Positions 7,868 to 18,639 are shown, counted from the stretch's first letter. The stretch is DNA of 64,000 nt from a virus (IMGVR_UViG_3300022937_000008:50292-114291); one strand, 5' to 3'. Made by a program: numbers and translations. Notes: generated by a model from the sequence alone, not told the origin.

Positions 7868-9940
7868 TTAGTATTTCTTAACTCTTATATTTAAACCGTT
7901 TCTAGTGTTTAAATTTGACATAACTTTTCTAGGCCCGATCTTAAATCTCGCATCAACAGCACCCTGATATAGAACTCTTGGAGATCCACCTTCTAAACTT
8001 CGATAGTCAGTCCAATTCGCATCGTTAGGAGTGGTTGATTCAGTACCATAATAAAAGTCCGAACTGTCTTGGGCTGTAAGTCCAAGGCACCATTCTTTTA
8101 ATTCTTTCCATGTCCAGTCTCTGTTGTGTTCCATAATTGTTGCTAAAAATCCACAAGCAACAGGACAAGCAGCACTTGTTCCACTGAAAGCACAATCATA
8201 TGCAGTTCCACCGTTATATGTAAATCCACTGTATGTAGCAGGATACTGTCCTTGATTGGTATAAGCCTTGTTTGCTGCTAGTGTGCCATCAGCAGCAGCA
8301 TACACATCTATACCTTCACCTCTATCGCTATAACTTACTTTAGTTTCAAGACTACCATTATAATCATCATCTAATGCTCCGATGTTTATAGTTTTATAGT
8401 CAGTGGTTCCATCTTCTTTAATGTATCTTCCACCTTGTTGTGGAAATCCTGTTCTATTTGTTGTTCCGTATACAGCAACACCAAATTCAAACATTACTGA
8501 ACCTTCTAAACTTCCGCCGTCGGTTGTTGTAATGTAATTGTTGTAATCAGGATGACCTTCTTTAACTACCTTTTGGTTAGAATTTCCAGCTGCACCTATG
8601 AATATCACACCTTCTTCTATCATCTCGTCCTCAGCAGTAGTCAGTGAATTATCAATCATTTGACTTTTCCAACGTCCGCCGTCCCCCTGTGTTCCCATAT
8701 GACTTAACCAAGCAATTCCAGTTTCTGTTGTATAGGATACATTGGCAGTTGCACGGTGAGTATAATATAAGGTTGATGCATTAGAAACATTGGCATTGGA
8801 TCCGCTTGGAGCCTTGTTTGATCGAAACCCCCAACTGTTAGAACTTAGTGTTGGATCTTTTGCACCAAAGAGAGGATTAACAGGTTTTAGTCTATGAAAT
8901 AGTTTTTGTATATCAAATCCTTCTTCAATACCTGAACCATAAGCTCCATAAAGATCAAGCATCCATTTATTAGCATTGTACGCCCAGCCCTGTGTTCTTC
9001 CGAATGTTAATGCACCACAAGGTGTGCCGTGTTCTCCATCAGTGCCTGATGGTCTAATAGTATTATCGCCACTTGTATTTAATCTGGTATAAGTTGCGCT
9101 AACTGTTACTGTTCCTTCGTTCGCAAACTTTGCGCTTCGCGCACCGGCATTCCCCCACCAATCTCTTGCCACACTCTCCACAGGAACAGTTGTACCGTCC
9201 CAGCGTGTGGTTAATCTTGTACCTGGATCAGCATCAAACCATTCTGGATCAATATAATAAGGTGCATCAAGAACAAGATCCAATACATCACAAGTACCGT
9301 TTCCTGGAAGTAAATTTCCGCCTGTATATCCTGTTGGCTTTTCAACTTCTGTTACTCCATCTGAAAGTAATACACAATTGTTTTGGAATTCGGGATGTCC
9401 TATCCACATTCCTTCGTCACATACAATAACATCAATATTTTTTCCTGTTCCGTACTGAGTAGGATTTATTTCAGGGATAGCATTATCTGCTAGTGAATTA
9501 TCTACCCAAGGATCTAAAAACTGTTGATGTCTATAAAGTGAATAACTTGCACGATTAGAATCTGCTGCTGTAGGTATTCCACCTGGCAATGTATTAGAAA
9601 CTGAAAACTCTCTATAGTTTTTAATTGTTCCGGAATAACGAGCTACTAATTCTGGACGGACTGCTTGTAGTTCATCCTGTGGTGGTTTAAATTCTTCTGG
9701 ATATTTAGAATAATCGATATTAATAAATCTTATTCTAGGATCATTTTTAAGTTGATCTGCTTCTTCTTGTGTAAGTAGGTATGTACCGCGAGTTGAACTA
9801 TGTAATTTATCATCATCACATTCAATACAACGTTCCGGTACTTCGTCACAATTATGGCCATCGTGTACAAGTTCGTGATGTAGTTCGTCCCATTGTTCTT
9901 CGGTATACGTACCAAGTTGGTAATATTTTTCCTCAGCCAT
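7868..9940 (-). CDS. Subtilisin-like S8 serine peptidase
   Basis: Catalytic motifs DVIVCDEG (Asp), HGTPCG (His), AAGN (oxyanion Asn), FSGTSAACP (Ser); possible N-terminal prodomain. Confidence 0.88.
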   Translation of the reverse strand: MAEEKYYQLGTYTEEQWDELHHELVHDGHNCDEVPERCIECDDDKLHSSTRGTYLLTQEEADQLKNDPRIRFINIDYSKYPEEFKPPQDELQAVRPELVARYSGTIKNYREFSVSNTLPGGIPTAADSNRASYSLYRHQQFLDPWVDNSLADNAIPEINPTQYGTGKNIDVIVCDEGMWIGHPEFQNNCVLLSDGVTEVEKPTGYTGGNLLPGNGTCDVLDLVLDAPYYIDPEWFDADPGTRLTTRWDGTTVPVESVARDWWGNAGARSAKFANEGTVTVSATYTRLNTSGDNTIRPSGTDGEHGTPCGALTFGRTQGWAYNANKWMLDLYGAYGSGIEEGFDIQKLFHRLKPVNPLFGAKDPTLSSNSWGFRSNKAPSGSNANVSNASTLYYTHRATANVSYTTETGIAWLSHMGTQGDGGRWKSQMIDNSLTTAEDEMIEEGVIFIGAAGNSNQKVVKEGHPDYNNYITTTDGGSLEGSVMFEFGVAVYGTTNRTGFPQQGGRYIKEDGTTDYKTINIGALDDDYNGSLETKVSYSDRGEGIDVYAAADGTLAANKAYTNQGQYPATYSGFTYNGGTAYDCAFSGTSAACPVACGFLATIMEHNRDWTWKELKEWCLGLTAQDSSDFYYGTESTTPNDANWTDYRSLEGGSPRVLYQGAVDARFKIGPRKVMSNLNTRNGLNIRVKKY

Positions 9941-9948
9941 AGATCACC

Positions 9949-11487
9949 TTATACTAAGTTTACCCAAGAACCGTTTTCATAACCTTGAAATTTATTAGTT
10001 GTTGTATTGTAAATTAAATCACCGTTTTGTGCAGTTAATAGATCTCGTTGAGCGGTTGTAAATGAAGCCATCTTAATAGGAGATGATGTTACTTCTACTC
10101 TGGTTCCTGCTGTTAATTGTATTTCATTATCTGAAAATAGTTCAGGTACACCCGAACCTTGTGATATAACACTTCCTTGAACAGTAAGGTTATTGCTTAC
10201 TGTTAAATCGTTGTTAACTGTTACATTGTTTTCAACAGTTAAATCACTGTTCATTATTACTGCTGGAGTAAAGGATATTGCCGAACTATCACCTGTATCG
10301 ATTATGTTTCCTGTAAATGTAAAGTTACCTACAGAAGCAGCGGATGCTCCGCCAGTAAATACACCACCAGTTGTAAATGCAGTAAAGCCTGTTCCGTTTA
10401 CAGGTGTAGTTAATGTTGAATCTGAATAAAGTGCAAATGTTCCACTTGTTAAAACATCTGCAAAATAATCATTACCGTTAAGTTCTGTCATACCACCGAC
10501 AGATGAAAATGTTACCGGTTGTCCTTCATATAATCCATGATCACCAAAGGAAGTAATTACTACCGGGTTGGCCTGTGTTGCACCATTGACCACTCCTGAT
10601 ACGCCTGCTACTGAATCGTCTCCTGCAGACCATTGTGATCCATTCCATTTTAAAACTTGATTAAGTGCCGGCGACATTGCTGAATCAACATCTGATAAAC
10701 TCTTAATGCTTTGAGAAGTTATAGCAGTTAAGTATCCTGACAACGCATGATTACCCCAACTGTATGCTGAATCCCATTGAGAAGAATTTGCTGTTGCAGT
10801 TGTTAGTGCTGTTGTTGTTGCGTAATCTGCTAGTGTAGTTGTTAGTGCTGTTGATGTAACGCCATCAGTAATTCCATATCCGCCTAGTGTTGTTGGTGTT
10901 CCTGTTAGTGATGAAAATGCACCATCAAATGTACTTGCATCAGTAATTCCATAACCTGCTAGTGTAGTCGGAGTGTTTGATAATGAACTCCATTCGCCAT
11001 CAAATCCTTGTGGTGCGTCTTCAAATGTAAATGTTCCAGAACCGTTTGTAGTGAGTATCTGCCCATTTGTGCCATCACTGATACCTAAATCTAAAATCGA
11101 AGTAACTAAAGATTCTAATCCACTTACTGGCTGAACCCATTGATTAGAACTTCCATCACTAGTATAAACATACAGTCTGGCGTTAGATGTGTTAAACCAA
11201 ATTGTACCTGTTTCAGGAGCACTTGGTGATGTATCACCTAATTCTATACTACCACTGCCGCCACCAACTCCTGCTAATTCTGCTTTTGCAAGAAATGCAG
11301 CATTTGAAACGTTCGATAAATCCACTTTAACAAGCGGCATTCCTCCAACATCTTCGGCGTTAAAAACTCTTAGTGTATTATTTGTTTGATCGTAAAAAAT
11401 CTCGCCTTTGGCGCCGGTTTTTCTGTCAAGAAAATCAGCATCTCTAGGCGATATTCGTAAGTTATTAATAATCGGTAATCTAGCCAT
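9949..11487 (-). CDS. Virion structural/tail-fibre-like protein
   Basis: Two PTTLxGYGITD repeats, GQILTTNGSG, ATQANPVVIT..HGL..G module, C-terminal GDLIYNTTTNKFQGY. Confidence 0.75.
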   Translation of the reverse strand: MARLPIINNLRISPRDADFLDRKTGAKGEIFYDQTNNTLRVFNAEDVGGMPLVKVDLSNVSNAAFLAKAELAGVGGGSGSIELGDTSPSAPETGTIWFNTSNARLYVYTSDGSSNQWVQPVSGLESLVTSILDLGISDGTNGQILTTNGSGTFTFEDAPQGFDGEWSSLSNTPTTLAGYGITDASTFDGAFSSLTGTPTTLGGYGITDGVTSTALTTTLADYATTTALTTATANSSQWDSAYSWGNHALSGYLTAITSQSIKSLSDVDSAMSPALNQVLKWNGSQWSAGDDSVAGVSGVVNGATQANPVVITSFGDHGLYEGQPVTFSSVGGMTELNGNDYFADVLTSGTFALYSDSTLTTPVNGTGFTAFTTGGVFTGGASAASVGNFTFTGNIIDTGDSSAISFTPAVIMNSDLTVENNVTVNNDLTVSNNLTVQGSVISQGSGVPELFSDNEIQLTAGTRVEVTSSPIKMASFTTAQRDLLTAQNGDLIYNTTTNKFQGYENGSWVNLV

Positions 11488-11516
11488 TCTGTATTTGCAC
11501 CATATTTGTTACATAG

Positions 11517-11568
11517 TATTTATCTAATGCCATATCTTTCACTATCACGCTTACAGCGCCTATAAATA
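11517..11568. promoter_or_regulatory. Divergent late promoters: TAAATA (-, 11517-11522) and TATAAATA (+, 11561-11568)
   Basis: Full T4 late consensus TATAAATA precedes the oxygenase/halogenase operon. Confidence 0.75.
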
Positions 11569-11573
11569 TGCAT

Positions 11574-12152
11574 ATGAAACTCTTAAAAGACATTGGAATA
11601 TTCGAGAGCGCAGTAACTGACGAAACCTGTGATAAATTGATTGAATATTATGATCAACTAACAGATTTAGGTATGTCACATACTAGAATTAGCACTAACG
11701 ATTCTCCCGGGCACCTAAAAAAGGACTCTGCTGCATTTTTATTCGAACCTCCAGCACTTAATCTTTCCACAGAAAACCCTGCGGTTAGGGACAGTGTCCA
11801 GCAAATTATTTATTGTTGGGAACAATATATAGATCATTACAGTGTATTATCATCTGTCGATCCACACAGAATTTACTATATGAAACTGCAAAAAACCCTA
11901 CCAGGAGAAGGTTATCATGTATGGCATTACGAATCTGATAACCGAGAACGTTCAGGTAGAGTTGCTGCGTGGGGGTTATATCTTAACACTGTCGATGAGG
12001 GAGGAGAAACCGAATGGCTTTATCAGTCTGTAAGGGTTCCTGCTACAAAAGGTACATTAGCAATTTGGCCAGCCGGTTATACTCATACACATAGAGGTAA
12101 TCCACCTCTAAGTGGTGAAAAGTATTTGTTAACAGGTTGGATCGAATACTAA
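11574..12152 (+). CDS. 2OG-Fe(II) oxygenase (prolyl-hydroxylase-like)
   Basis: YHVWHYE, LYLN..EGGET, THTHRGNPP..KY; start moved to ATG 11574 because 11568 overlaps the promoter. Confidence 0.88.
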   Translation: MKLLKDIGIFESAVTDETCDKLIEYYDQLTDLGMSHTRISTNDSPGHLKKDSAAFLFEPPALNLSTENPAVRDSVQQIIYCWEQYIDHYSVLSSVDPHRIYYMKLQKTLPGEGYHVWHYESDNRERSGRVAAWGLYLNTVDEGGETEWLYQSVRVPATKGTLAIWPAGYTHTHRGNPPLSGEKYLLTGWIEY

Positions 12153-12778
12153 TGAACAAAATTAAACTTTTTCCTATAGAATTATTCGAATTTAAAAAAG
12201 AATTTGATTTTGATCAAATTATAGTAGACTGCGAAAAATATGCTGATTTGATTAAACATTCTGATGTTATTTCATCAATGAGAAATCTACACGATAAGCC
12301 TGAATTGAAAGAATTATTTGATTGGTTTAGACAGTGTTTAGATGAAATTAGATTGAAGCAAAAATATGACTGCGATAGTTTTGAAATAACAAGTAGTTGG
12401 TTTAACAGATCATTACCTCAATCTCAAATGTCATTGAATTTGCATAGACATAGTATGAGTTTCTTTAGTGCAGTTTTTTATCTTACTGAAGGATCTCCTA
12501 CAGTGTTTGAAGATCCGGTAATACATCGTACACAAGCACAACTTGAAGTTTTAAGAGAACTAGATAAAGATTCAAGCCCGCATCAAAGTATAGAAGCAGA
12601 ACCAGGAAAGTTAATTATTTTTCCTAGTTGGCTTTTTCACTTTAGTGCTCCACACATAGGCGATAAAGATCGTTACGTTATTAGTTTTAATACTATGCCG
12701 CAGGGGCTTGTAAATTATAAATTAGCAACAGATAGCGTTGCCTCTATTAAAATATTGAATAAGGATAAAGGATGGTAA
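12152..12778 (+). CDS. 2OG-Fe(II) oxygenase (HxH type, TIGR02466-like)
   Basis: SWFN, HRH, FSAVFY, GKLIIFPSWLFH, RYVISFN; TAATG coupling at 12150-12154. Confidence 0.85.
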   Translation: MNKIKLFPIELFEFKKEFDFDQIIVDCEKYADLIKHSDVISSMRNLHDKPELKELFDWFRQCLDEIRLKQKYDCDSFEITSSWFNRSLPQSQMSLNLHRHSMSFFSAVFYLTEGSPTVFEDPVIHRTQAQLEVLRELDKDSSPHQSIEAEPGKLIIFPSWLFHFSAPHIGDKDRYVISFNTMPQGLVNYKLATDSVASIKILNKDKGW

Positions 12779-14256
12779 AAGACCTAATTGTGTTAGGCGG
12801 CGGCAATGCTGGTCTTATGACAGCATTATACCTTAAAGAAAGTATTCCTAATCTTAACCTAACTGTAATTAAATCATCCAAGATTGGAACTATCGGTGTT
12901 GGCGAAGGATCTACTGAACATTGGAAAATGTTTGCTTCTGCAACTAGAATTTCAATCGTAGATATGATAAGAGAGTGCGGTGCTACATTTAAGATAGGAA
13001 TTAAGTTTGAAAATTGGCATGGTGATGGAACTAGTTACTATCATAGTTTGCCTGAAGCTCTAGTAGACACAGATAGTTATACAGGTATTCCGTATGCTAT
13101 GCTTAAACTTATTGCAGATGGTACAGGCACAGAAAATCTGCACTGGCAATTGCCTATGGACGGATATATTAGAGAACCGTTAGATCAATACTATCAGTTT
13201 CATTTTGACAGCGAAAAATTAAACACGTATCTTCTAAAAAAGTGTGATGAAAGAGATATTAAAGTTGTTGATGCTGAGATCAATAATTGTGTATTAGATA
13301 ACGAAGGGTTTATTTCCTCTATAGTCGATGACAATGGGCTATCATATTCAGCAGATTTCTTTATAGACAGCAGTGGATTTAAAAGAGTACTTGCATCAAG
13401 ACTTGGAGCAGAATGGGTTGATTGGTCAGAGTACTTACCTACAAACAGTGCGTTGGCTTTTCAAACACCATACGAAGAAAATATTCCTCCATATACACTA
13501 TCTCGTTCTATGAATGCTGGATGGATGTGGAGAGCTCCTGTACAGGATAGATTCGGTAACGGATATGTTTATGATGATAGATTTATTTCAGAAGAAAATG
13601 CATTAAAAGAAGTACAACAATACTTTGATTTTCCTTTAAACATAGGACGTAGAATCAAATACACTTCAGGAAAAGTAAACAAAGCATGGATTAAAAATTG
13701 TGTTTGTATTGGATTAAGCAGTAACTTTGTTGAACCGTTAGAAGCAAGTAGCATATCAACTACTATACAACAGAGTAGACTACTAGCAAGTTCTCTTTGG
13801 AATTGGAATAGATCAGATCAAGGAACAATTAACAAATATAATGAAATTGTTGATGACATGATGTTTAATATTTTAGACTTTATACAATTACATTATTATA
13901 CTCAAAGACAAGACACTAAGTTTTGGAAATGGTGTAAGAATGAAATGAAGATTACAGATTTTAATAAAGAGAATTTATCAAACTTTAAAAATAATTTTAT
14001 TAGTCAAACATTATTACCAGAAGACGGAACGTTCGGAACCTATAGAATTTATGATTGTTTAAATTGGATTCAAGTAATGCACGGGTTGCGTATGTTTAAT
14101 ATAGAAAATATCAAGAAGATATATAATAGTCATACCCATTTAAAAAATATAGAATTAGAATTTTTGCAATTGCCAAGTCAACCAGATGAAACATGGATTA
14201 CTTGTCGTGATGCTGTAAATTTAGTCAAGAACAGTGTAACGGAAATTAAGTTATGA
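12772..14256 (+). CDS. Flavin-dependent (tryptophan) halogenase family, copy 1
   Basis: GGGNAG, GVGEGS, ATFKIGIKF (catalytic Lys position), DSSGF, WMWRAP, FVEPLEAS. Confidence 0.9.
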   Translation: MVKDLIVLGGGNAGLMTALYLKESIPNLNLTVIKSSKIGTIGVGEGSTEHWKMFASATRISIVDMIRECGATFKIGIKFENWHGDGTSYYHSLPEALVDTDSYTGIPYAMLKLIADGTGTENLHWQLPMDGYIREPLDQYYQFHFDSEKLNTYLLKKCDERDIKVVDAEINNCVLDNEGFISSIVDDNGLSYSADFFIDSSGFKRVLASRLGAEWVDWSEYLPTNSALAFQTPYEENIPPYTLSRSMNAGWMWRAPVQDRFGNGYVYDDRFISEENALKEVQQYFDFPLNIGRRIKYTSGKVNKAWIKNCVCIGLSSNFVEPLEASSISTTIQQSRLLASSLWNWNRSDQGTINKYNEIVDDMMFNILDFIQLHYYTQRQDTKFWKWCKNEMKITDFNKENLSNFKNNFISQTLLPEDGTFGTYRIYDCLNWIQVMHGLRMFNIENIKKIYNSHTHLKNIELEFLQLPSQPDETWITCRDAVNLVKNSVTEIKL

Positions 14257-15761
14257 TTAGATCATTATGTGTACTAGGTGGAGGAACTGCTGGATTAATT
14301 TCTGCATTAATGATGCGTAAAGCATATCCTACTTTAAAAATTACAATATTAGAATCGTCTAAGATAGGTATTATTGGTGTAGGTGAAGGCAGTACAGAAC
14401 ACTGGAAACCTTTTATGGAATATATCGATGTTGATGTTCCTACAATTGTAAGAGAGTGCGGAAGTACATTTAAAATAGGTATTAAATTTACAAACTGGAA
14501 CGGCGACGGAAAATCTTATTGGCATAGTTTAACAGAACAGTATAACACTTTACATCAAGATAACGATGCCCCATTAAGTTGGTTTAGATACACAGGCGAG
14601 AATTGGGATCCTGAAGAAACTGCTTGGGATTTATCAAGAAATAGCAAACATCCTGAGCCTTTCCATGAAATTATTTCTCAATATCATTTTGATACATTTA
14701 AATTAAACAAATTTTTTCATAAGTTATGTGCAGAAAGAAACATAGAAGTTATTGACACAGATATATCTGATGTAATCGTTGATAAAGATGGCTATGCTGA
14801 TTACTTAATAGATGAACACGGTAAACAATATAAAGCAGACTTTTACATTGATAGTAGCGGCTTCAGAAGAATTATAAGCAGTAAATTAGGTGCTAAATGG
14901 GTTGATAAACAAAAACAATTACCAATGAATAGTGCTATTGCATTTCCAACAGGTTACACTGAAAACATTCCTTCCTATACTGAAGCAACAGCATTAAGTA
15001 GTGGATGGGTATGGAGAATTCCAACACAAGAACGATATGGAAATGGTTATGTTTTTTGTGACAACTTTATCAATGAAACACAAGCATACGATGAAGTTTC
15101 AAAGCATTATAAAGAAAATTTAAAAATTACTCAAGAATTAGAAATAGGTAGAAAAGTAAAATTTAGTGCAGGATATTTAGATAAATTCTGGATTAAAAAC
15201 TGTTTAACAGTTGGGCTATCAGGTATGTTTGTTGAACCATTAGAAGCAAGTAGTATAGGTTCTACAATACAAGAAATTAGATTAGCTATTCCTAGTTTCC
15301 ATTACTGGACTCGAGGAGAAACAATAACAGAAAATGTTTTTAATGATAGAATGATTAGAATAGCTGAAAATATTGTAGACTTTATTCAATTACACTATAT
15401 TACTAAACGCAATGATACTGAATTCTGGAAATGGGTCAACAAAGAAATTGTTTATACAGATTTTATTAGAGAAAATTTAGAATACTTTAAAAAGAATGGT
15501 GTTAATTCACAAATGTTCGGAATAGAACCATTGTATATGTTTTCTTATCTAAATTGGAGTCAAGTAATGCACGGTCTATCATTATTTGATTATGATGCTC
15601 GCAAGAAGTATTGGGAAGAATTTTGGAGTAAAGAACATTCAGAAAATTTGGATAATTTATTTAAACACGGCAATGCAGTAGATATGAGTACTGTTCGAAC
15701 ACATAGAGAAGCATTAAATATTTTAAAAGAAAGATATTTGGAAGTACGTTATGAATTATAA
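14253..15761 (+). CDS. Flavin-dependent (tryptophan) halogenase family, copy 2
   Basis: GGGTAG, GVGEGS, STFKIGIKF, WVWRIP, FVEPLEAS. Confidence 0.9.
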   Translation: MIRSLCVLGGGTAGLISALMMRKAYPTLKITILESSKIGIIGVGEGSTEHWKPFMEYIDVDVPTIVRECGSTFKIGIKFTNWNGDGKSYWHSLTEQYNTLHQDNDAPLSWFRYTGENWDPEETAWDLSRNSKHPEPFHEIISQYHFDTFKLNKFFHKLCAERNIEVIDTDISDVIVDKDGYADYLIDEHGKQYKADFYIDSSGFRRIISSKLGAKWVDKQKQLPMNSAIAFPTGYTENIPSYTEATALSSGWVWRIPTQERYGNGYVFCDNFINETQAYDEVSKHYKENLKITQELEIGRKVKFSAGYLDKFWIKNCLTVGLSGMFVEPLEASSIGSTIQEIRLAIPSFHYWTRGETITENVFNDRMIRIAENIVDFIQLHYITKRNDTEFWKWVNKEIVYTDFIRENLEYFKKNGVNSQMFGIEPLYMFSYLNWSQVMHGLSLFDYDARKKYWEEFWSKEHSENLDNLFKHGNAVDMSTVRTHREALNILKERYLEVRYEL

Positions 15762-17289
15762 TGCAGTGATTTTAGGTGGCGGTTCCGCTGGCTGGTTAAC
15801 AGCACTATGGGTTAAGAAATTTTGGCCTAATCTCAAAATTGCTATCGTTGAAAATCCTAAGAAACCTCCTATTATTGCAGGAGAAAGTGGAACGACTACG
15901 TTTGTAGATCTATTAAGAAAGATTGACATAGACAAAGATGATTTTGTTACAAAGGTGTTTGCTACACCTAAGTTAGGTGGAAAATTTACAGACTGGAACG
16001 GTGTAGGGACAGAGTTCATACATTGTTTACAAACAGATTATGCACCTTGGTTAGATGGATGGAGCGATTATTACGATACTCCGGAGTCTCAGCCTTTACT
16101 GTTTGGTAATATGCTAAACATCATGCAACGAGAAAGAGAAAAAGATACATATCTAAAAACATTAATAGCAAATAATGTTCCTTTGTCAGATGCATTCTAT
16201 GCAAATCAATTTATAAAAAATAATAAAGTTCCTTTCGGTTCTAGTACACACAACCTGCCTGTTATTCCTATGTGGCATTTTGAAAGTAGATCAGCTGCTG
16301 CTTATTTTAAAGAAATAGGACTATCAAGAGGAATAGAACTTATCGAAGGAGAGTTTCAAAGTGCAAAATTAAAAACTGACGGAAACTGTGAATCAATCTT
16401 ACTAGATGAAAATAGAGAAATAACAGCAGATTGGTTTTTTGATTGTAGTGGTTTTGCTAGATTACTTTTAGAAAAAACCATGAAGGAACCTATTTTAGAT
16501 TATACAGATTACTTTCCAGCTAGAGCAGTAGTTGCCTGGTGGGACGATCCTTGTTACTGTGTTACAACAAATGCTATTGCAATGAAGTATGGCTGGAGTT
16601 GGAACATTAATCTAAGACATAGAAGCGGAAACGGTTATCTATATGATCCAGATCATTTAACATTAGATCAAGCAATACAAGAAGCGGAAAAACGATTTGA
16701 TAAAAAAATAGAACCTATAGCAAACTTTAGTTTTCAACCTGGAATGATGAGAAACACTTGGAAAAACAACGTCATAGCTATTGGTTTGAGCAACGGATTT
16801 TTAGAGCCGTTAGAAGCAAACGGGGTTGCTGTTATTATAGAAAGCCTATATGCACTACAAGATCATTGGCACCCTGAAAGAAAAGGATATGTATCTAACA
16901 GATTTAATGACAGAGTTTGGTCAGTGAGTGAAGATATTAAAGATTTCTTAGCGTTACATTATAGAGGAAAACGCAAAGACACTGAGTTTTGGCAAAGTCA
17001 TCAAAACGATGAATTTAGAATTCCGGAAACTTTAAGATTAAAATTAGAGGACTGGAAACAATGGTATTTGCACGGAGGTGCAGAACCACTTTATAACGGG
17101 TATAGTCCAACAGCATGGCTGATGGTATTACAAGCACTACAGGTATATGATCATAGCATACTTTCAGCTAGATACGAAAAACTGCTAACAATATCCTCAA
17201 ATGTGCTAAATAATAATATACAACGTTACAAACAGCTTGTTGCTCCATTTTTAACCATTGAGCAATGGGTGGATAATTATGCTAAATAG
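15751..17289 (+). CDS. Flavin-dependent (tryptophan) halogenase family, copy 3
   Basis: GGGSAGW, AGESGT, ATPKLGGKF, DCSGF, WSWNIN, FLEPLEANG. Confidence 0.88.
   Translation: MNYNAVILGGGSAGWLTALWVKKFWPNLKIAIVENPKKPPIIAGESGTTTFVDLLRKIDIDKDDFVTKVFATPKLGGKFTDWNGVGTEFIHCLQTDYAPWLDGWSDYYDTPESQPLLFGNMLNIMQREREKDTYLKTLIANNVPLSDAFYANQFIKNNKVPFGSSTHNLPVIPMWHFESRSAAAYFKEIGLSRGIELIEGEFQSAKLKTDGNCESILLDENREITADWFFDCSGFARLLLEKTMKEPILDYTDYFPARAVVAWWDDPCYCVTTNAIAMKYGWSWNINLRHRSGNGYLYDPDHLTLDQAIQEAEKRFDKKIEPIANFSFQPGMMRNTWKNNVIAIGLSNGFLEPLEANGVAVIIESLYALQDHWHPERKGYVSNRFNDRVWSVSEDIKDFLALHYRGKRKDTEFWQSHQNDEFRIPETLRLKLEDWKQWYLHGGAEPLYNGYSPTAWLMVLQALQVYDHSILSARYEKLLTISSNVLNNNIQRYKQLVAPFLTIEQWVDNYAK
17283..17288 (+). 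promoter_or_regulatory. Late promoter (TAAATA)
   Basis: Overlaps the halogenase 3 stop; followed by SD AAGGAG and ATG 17310. Confidence 0.6.
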
Positions 17290-17309
17290 TATGCAAGGAG
17301 TTAATTGTA

Positions 17310-17468
17310 ATGAAAACTTATAAGATTATTTTAAGAGTGGCACACGGAGTACTCGAAGTTAGAGAAGACACTTGTCAGGCAAGAAACGCTGAAGAAGCAC
17401 AAAAAATCTTCGAAGAAAGACACGGTGTAGAACTAATTGTTGCTGGTCCTTTGCCAGTTAGCAATTAA
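17310..17468 (+). CDS. Hypothetical 52-aa protein (missed by ORF track)
   Basis: MKTYKIILRVAHGVLEVREDTCQARNAEEAQKIFEERHGVELIVAGPLPVSN; strong SD and own late promoter; stop overlaps the convergent gene stop. Confidence 0.75.
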   Translation: MKTYKIILRVAHGVLEVREDTCQARNAEEAQKIFEERHGVELIVAGPLPVSN

Positions 17469-18091
17469 CGATCAAACCCCATTTCTTTTCTAGCAGATTC
17501 AAGCTCGTCTTTAATAGCTTGATTAACAAATTCCGAAGGTAAACCTAAACAAGGCCTAGTATCCCATTTTAAATGTGCATACGGGCCTTTTTCATCTACA
17601 TACTGTAAAAATGCCTGTATTACTTTTTGTCCAGTATACGGCTCTCTCCAATGTTCGTGTCTACGACCACTGTAGATAACTATGTCTCCAACATCTAAGA
17701 TTATTTCGTGAATGTTGCCTTCTTCATTTTTAATGTATAACGGCCAGTCTTGATCTTCTTTTGTAATAGAAACACTTACAGATATTTCAGAACTGCTACG
17801 ATCAAAGTGCTTTCCTAGTTCAGATCCGTTGTAATATATGCGAGCATAACTGTAAACAGGTACTAATTTCTTTCCTACTTTTTCACTTACTAATGGTGTA
17901 AGTTTTAGCATTAATGCTTCAAACATTAAAGGAGCATATCTTGCAAATGTATTTTCACACATATCTGATAAGTTTGCACCAGGATATAATACTTGACATA
18001 CATCGTTTTGCATTTCATATTCTAATGCCATAAACTCGCAAAGCTCTTTGCTTACGGCATTTTTAACAATAATATAATCTTCTTTCATCAT
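17465..18091 (-). CDS. 2OG-Fe(II) oxygenase (PKHD-type-like)
   Basis: YSYARIY, KHFDR..EISVS, GDIVIYSG..HEHWREP, QAFLQYV. Confidence 0.85.
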   Translation of the reverse strand: MMKEDYIIVKNAVSKELCEFMALEYEMQNDVCQVLYPGANLSDMCENTFARYAPLMFEALMLKLTPLVSEKVGKKLVPVYSYARIYYNGSELGKHFDRSSSEISVSVSITKEDQDWPLYIKNEEGNIHEIILDVGDIVIYSGRRHEHWREPYTGQKVIQAFLQYVDEKGPYAHLKWDTRPCLGLPSEFVNQAIKDELESARKEMGFDR

Positions 18092-18639
18092 ACTAACGGA
18101 ATCATACTCATGTTACCAAAAGGTCTTTCTACATAGTTTCTAATAAACTCATTATTAGGAATAGTATGTATATCAAAACCTAGTGTAGTTCTATAACCTT
18201 CGTAAGGTTCTAGTACTTCTACTTTGTGTTTTACAAATCCAGGACCAAAATATATTTGTCCGGGTTTATTTTCAATAGTCCAATTTTCAAACACTGTGTT
18301 TGTTTTTTTAGGATCTATTGATATATAGCCATGATAATCAAACTCATGTCCGTGCCAATCTAATACTTCATCGTGTTTATGATAGTTGATCCAAGATTGC
18401 AACCATAAAGGTCGATCATCGCCAAGTTCTTTTCTTACAAACTCTCTTAATTCAACATATAAAGAATACCATGCTGTACTAGGAGCAGTTAGTGTAAACA
18501 CATTATACTTGTTATAGGACCATGTACTATCTTTGTCAGGAAAGACAGTTTCAAATACCTTATGTGCTTCATTAAGGCTGTGAACTATTTCGTCGTAGTT
18601 TTCTAAAATAGTTTTAGATGTTATGAGTTTGTATTCCAT
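18088..18639 (-). CDS. 2OG-Fe(II) oxygenase-like (HxH type)
   Basis: QSWIN, WHGH, HGYISI, HKV, RTTLGFD. Confidence 0.7.
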   Translation of the reverse strand: MEYKLITSKTILENYDEIVHSLNEAHKVFETVFPDKDSTWSYNKYNVFTLTAPSTAWYSLYVELREFVRKELGDDRPLWLQSWINYHKHDEVLDWHGHEFDYHGYISIDPKKTNTVFENWTIENKPGQIYFGPGFVKHKVEVLEPYEGYRTTLGFDIHTIPNNEFIRNYVERPFGNMSMIPLV

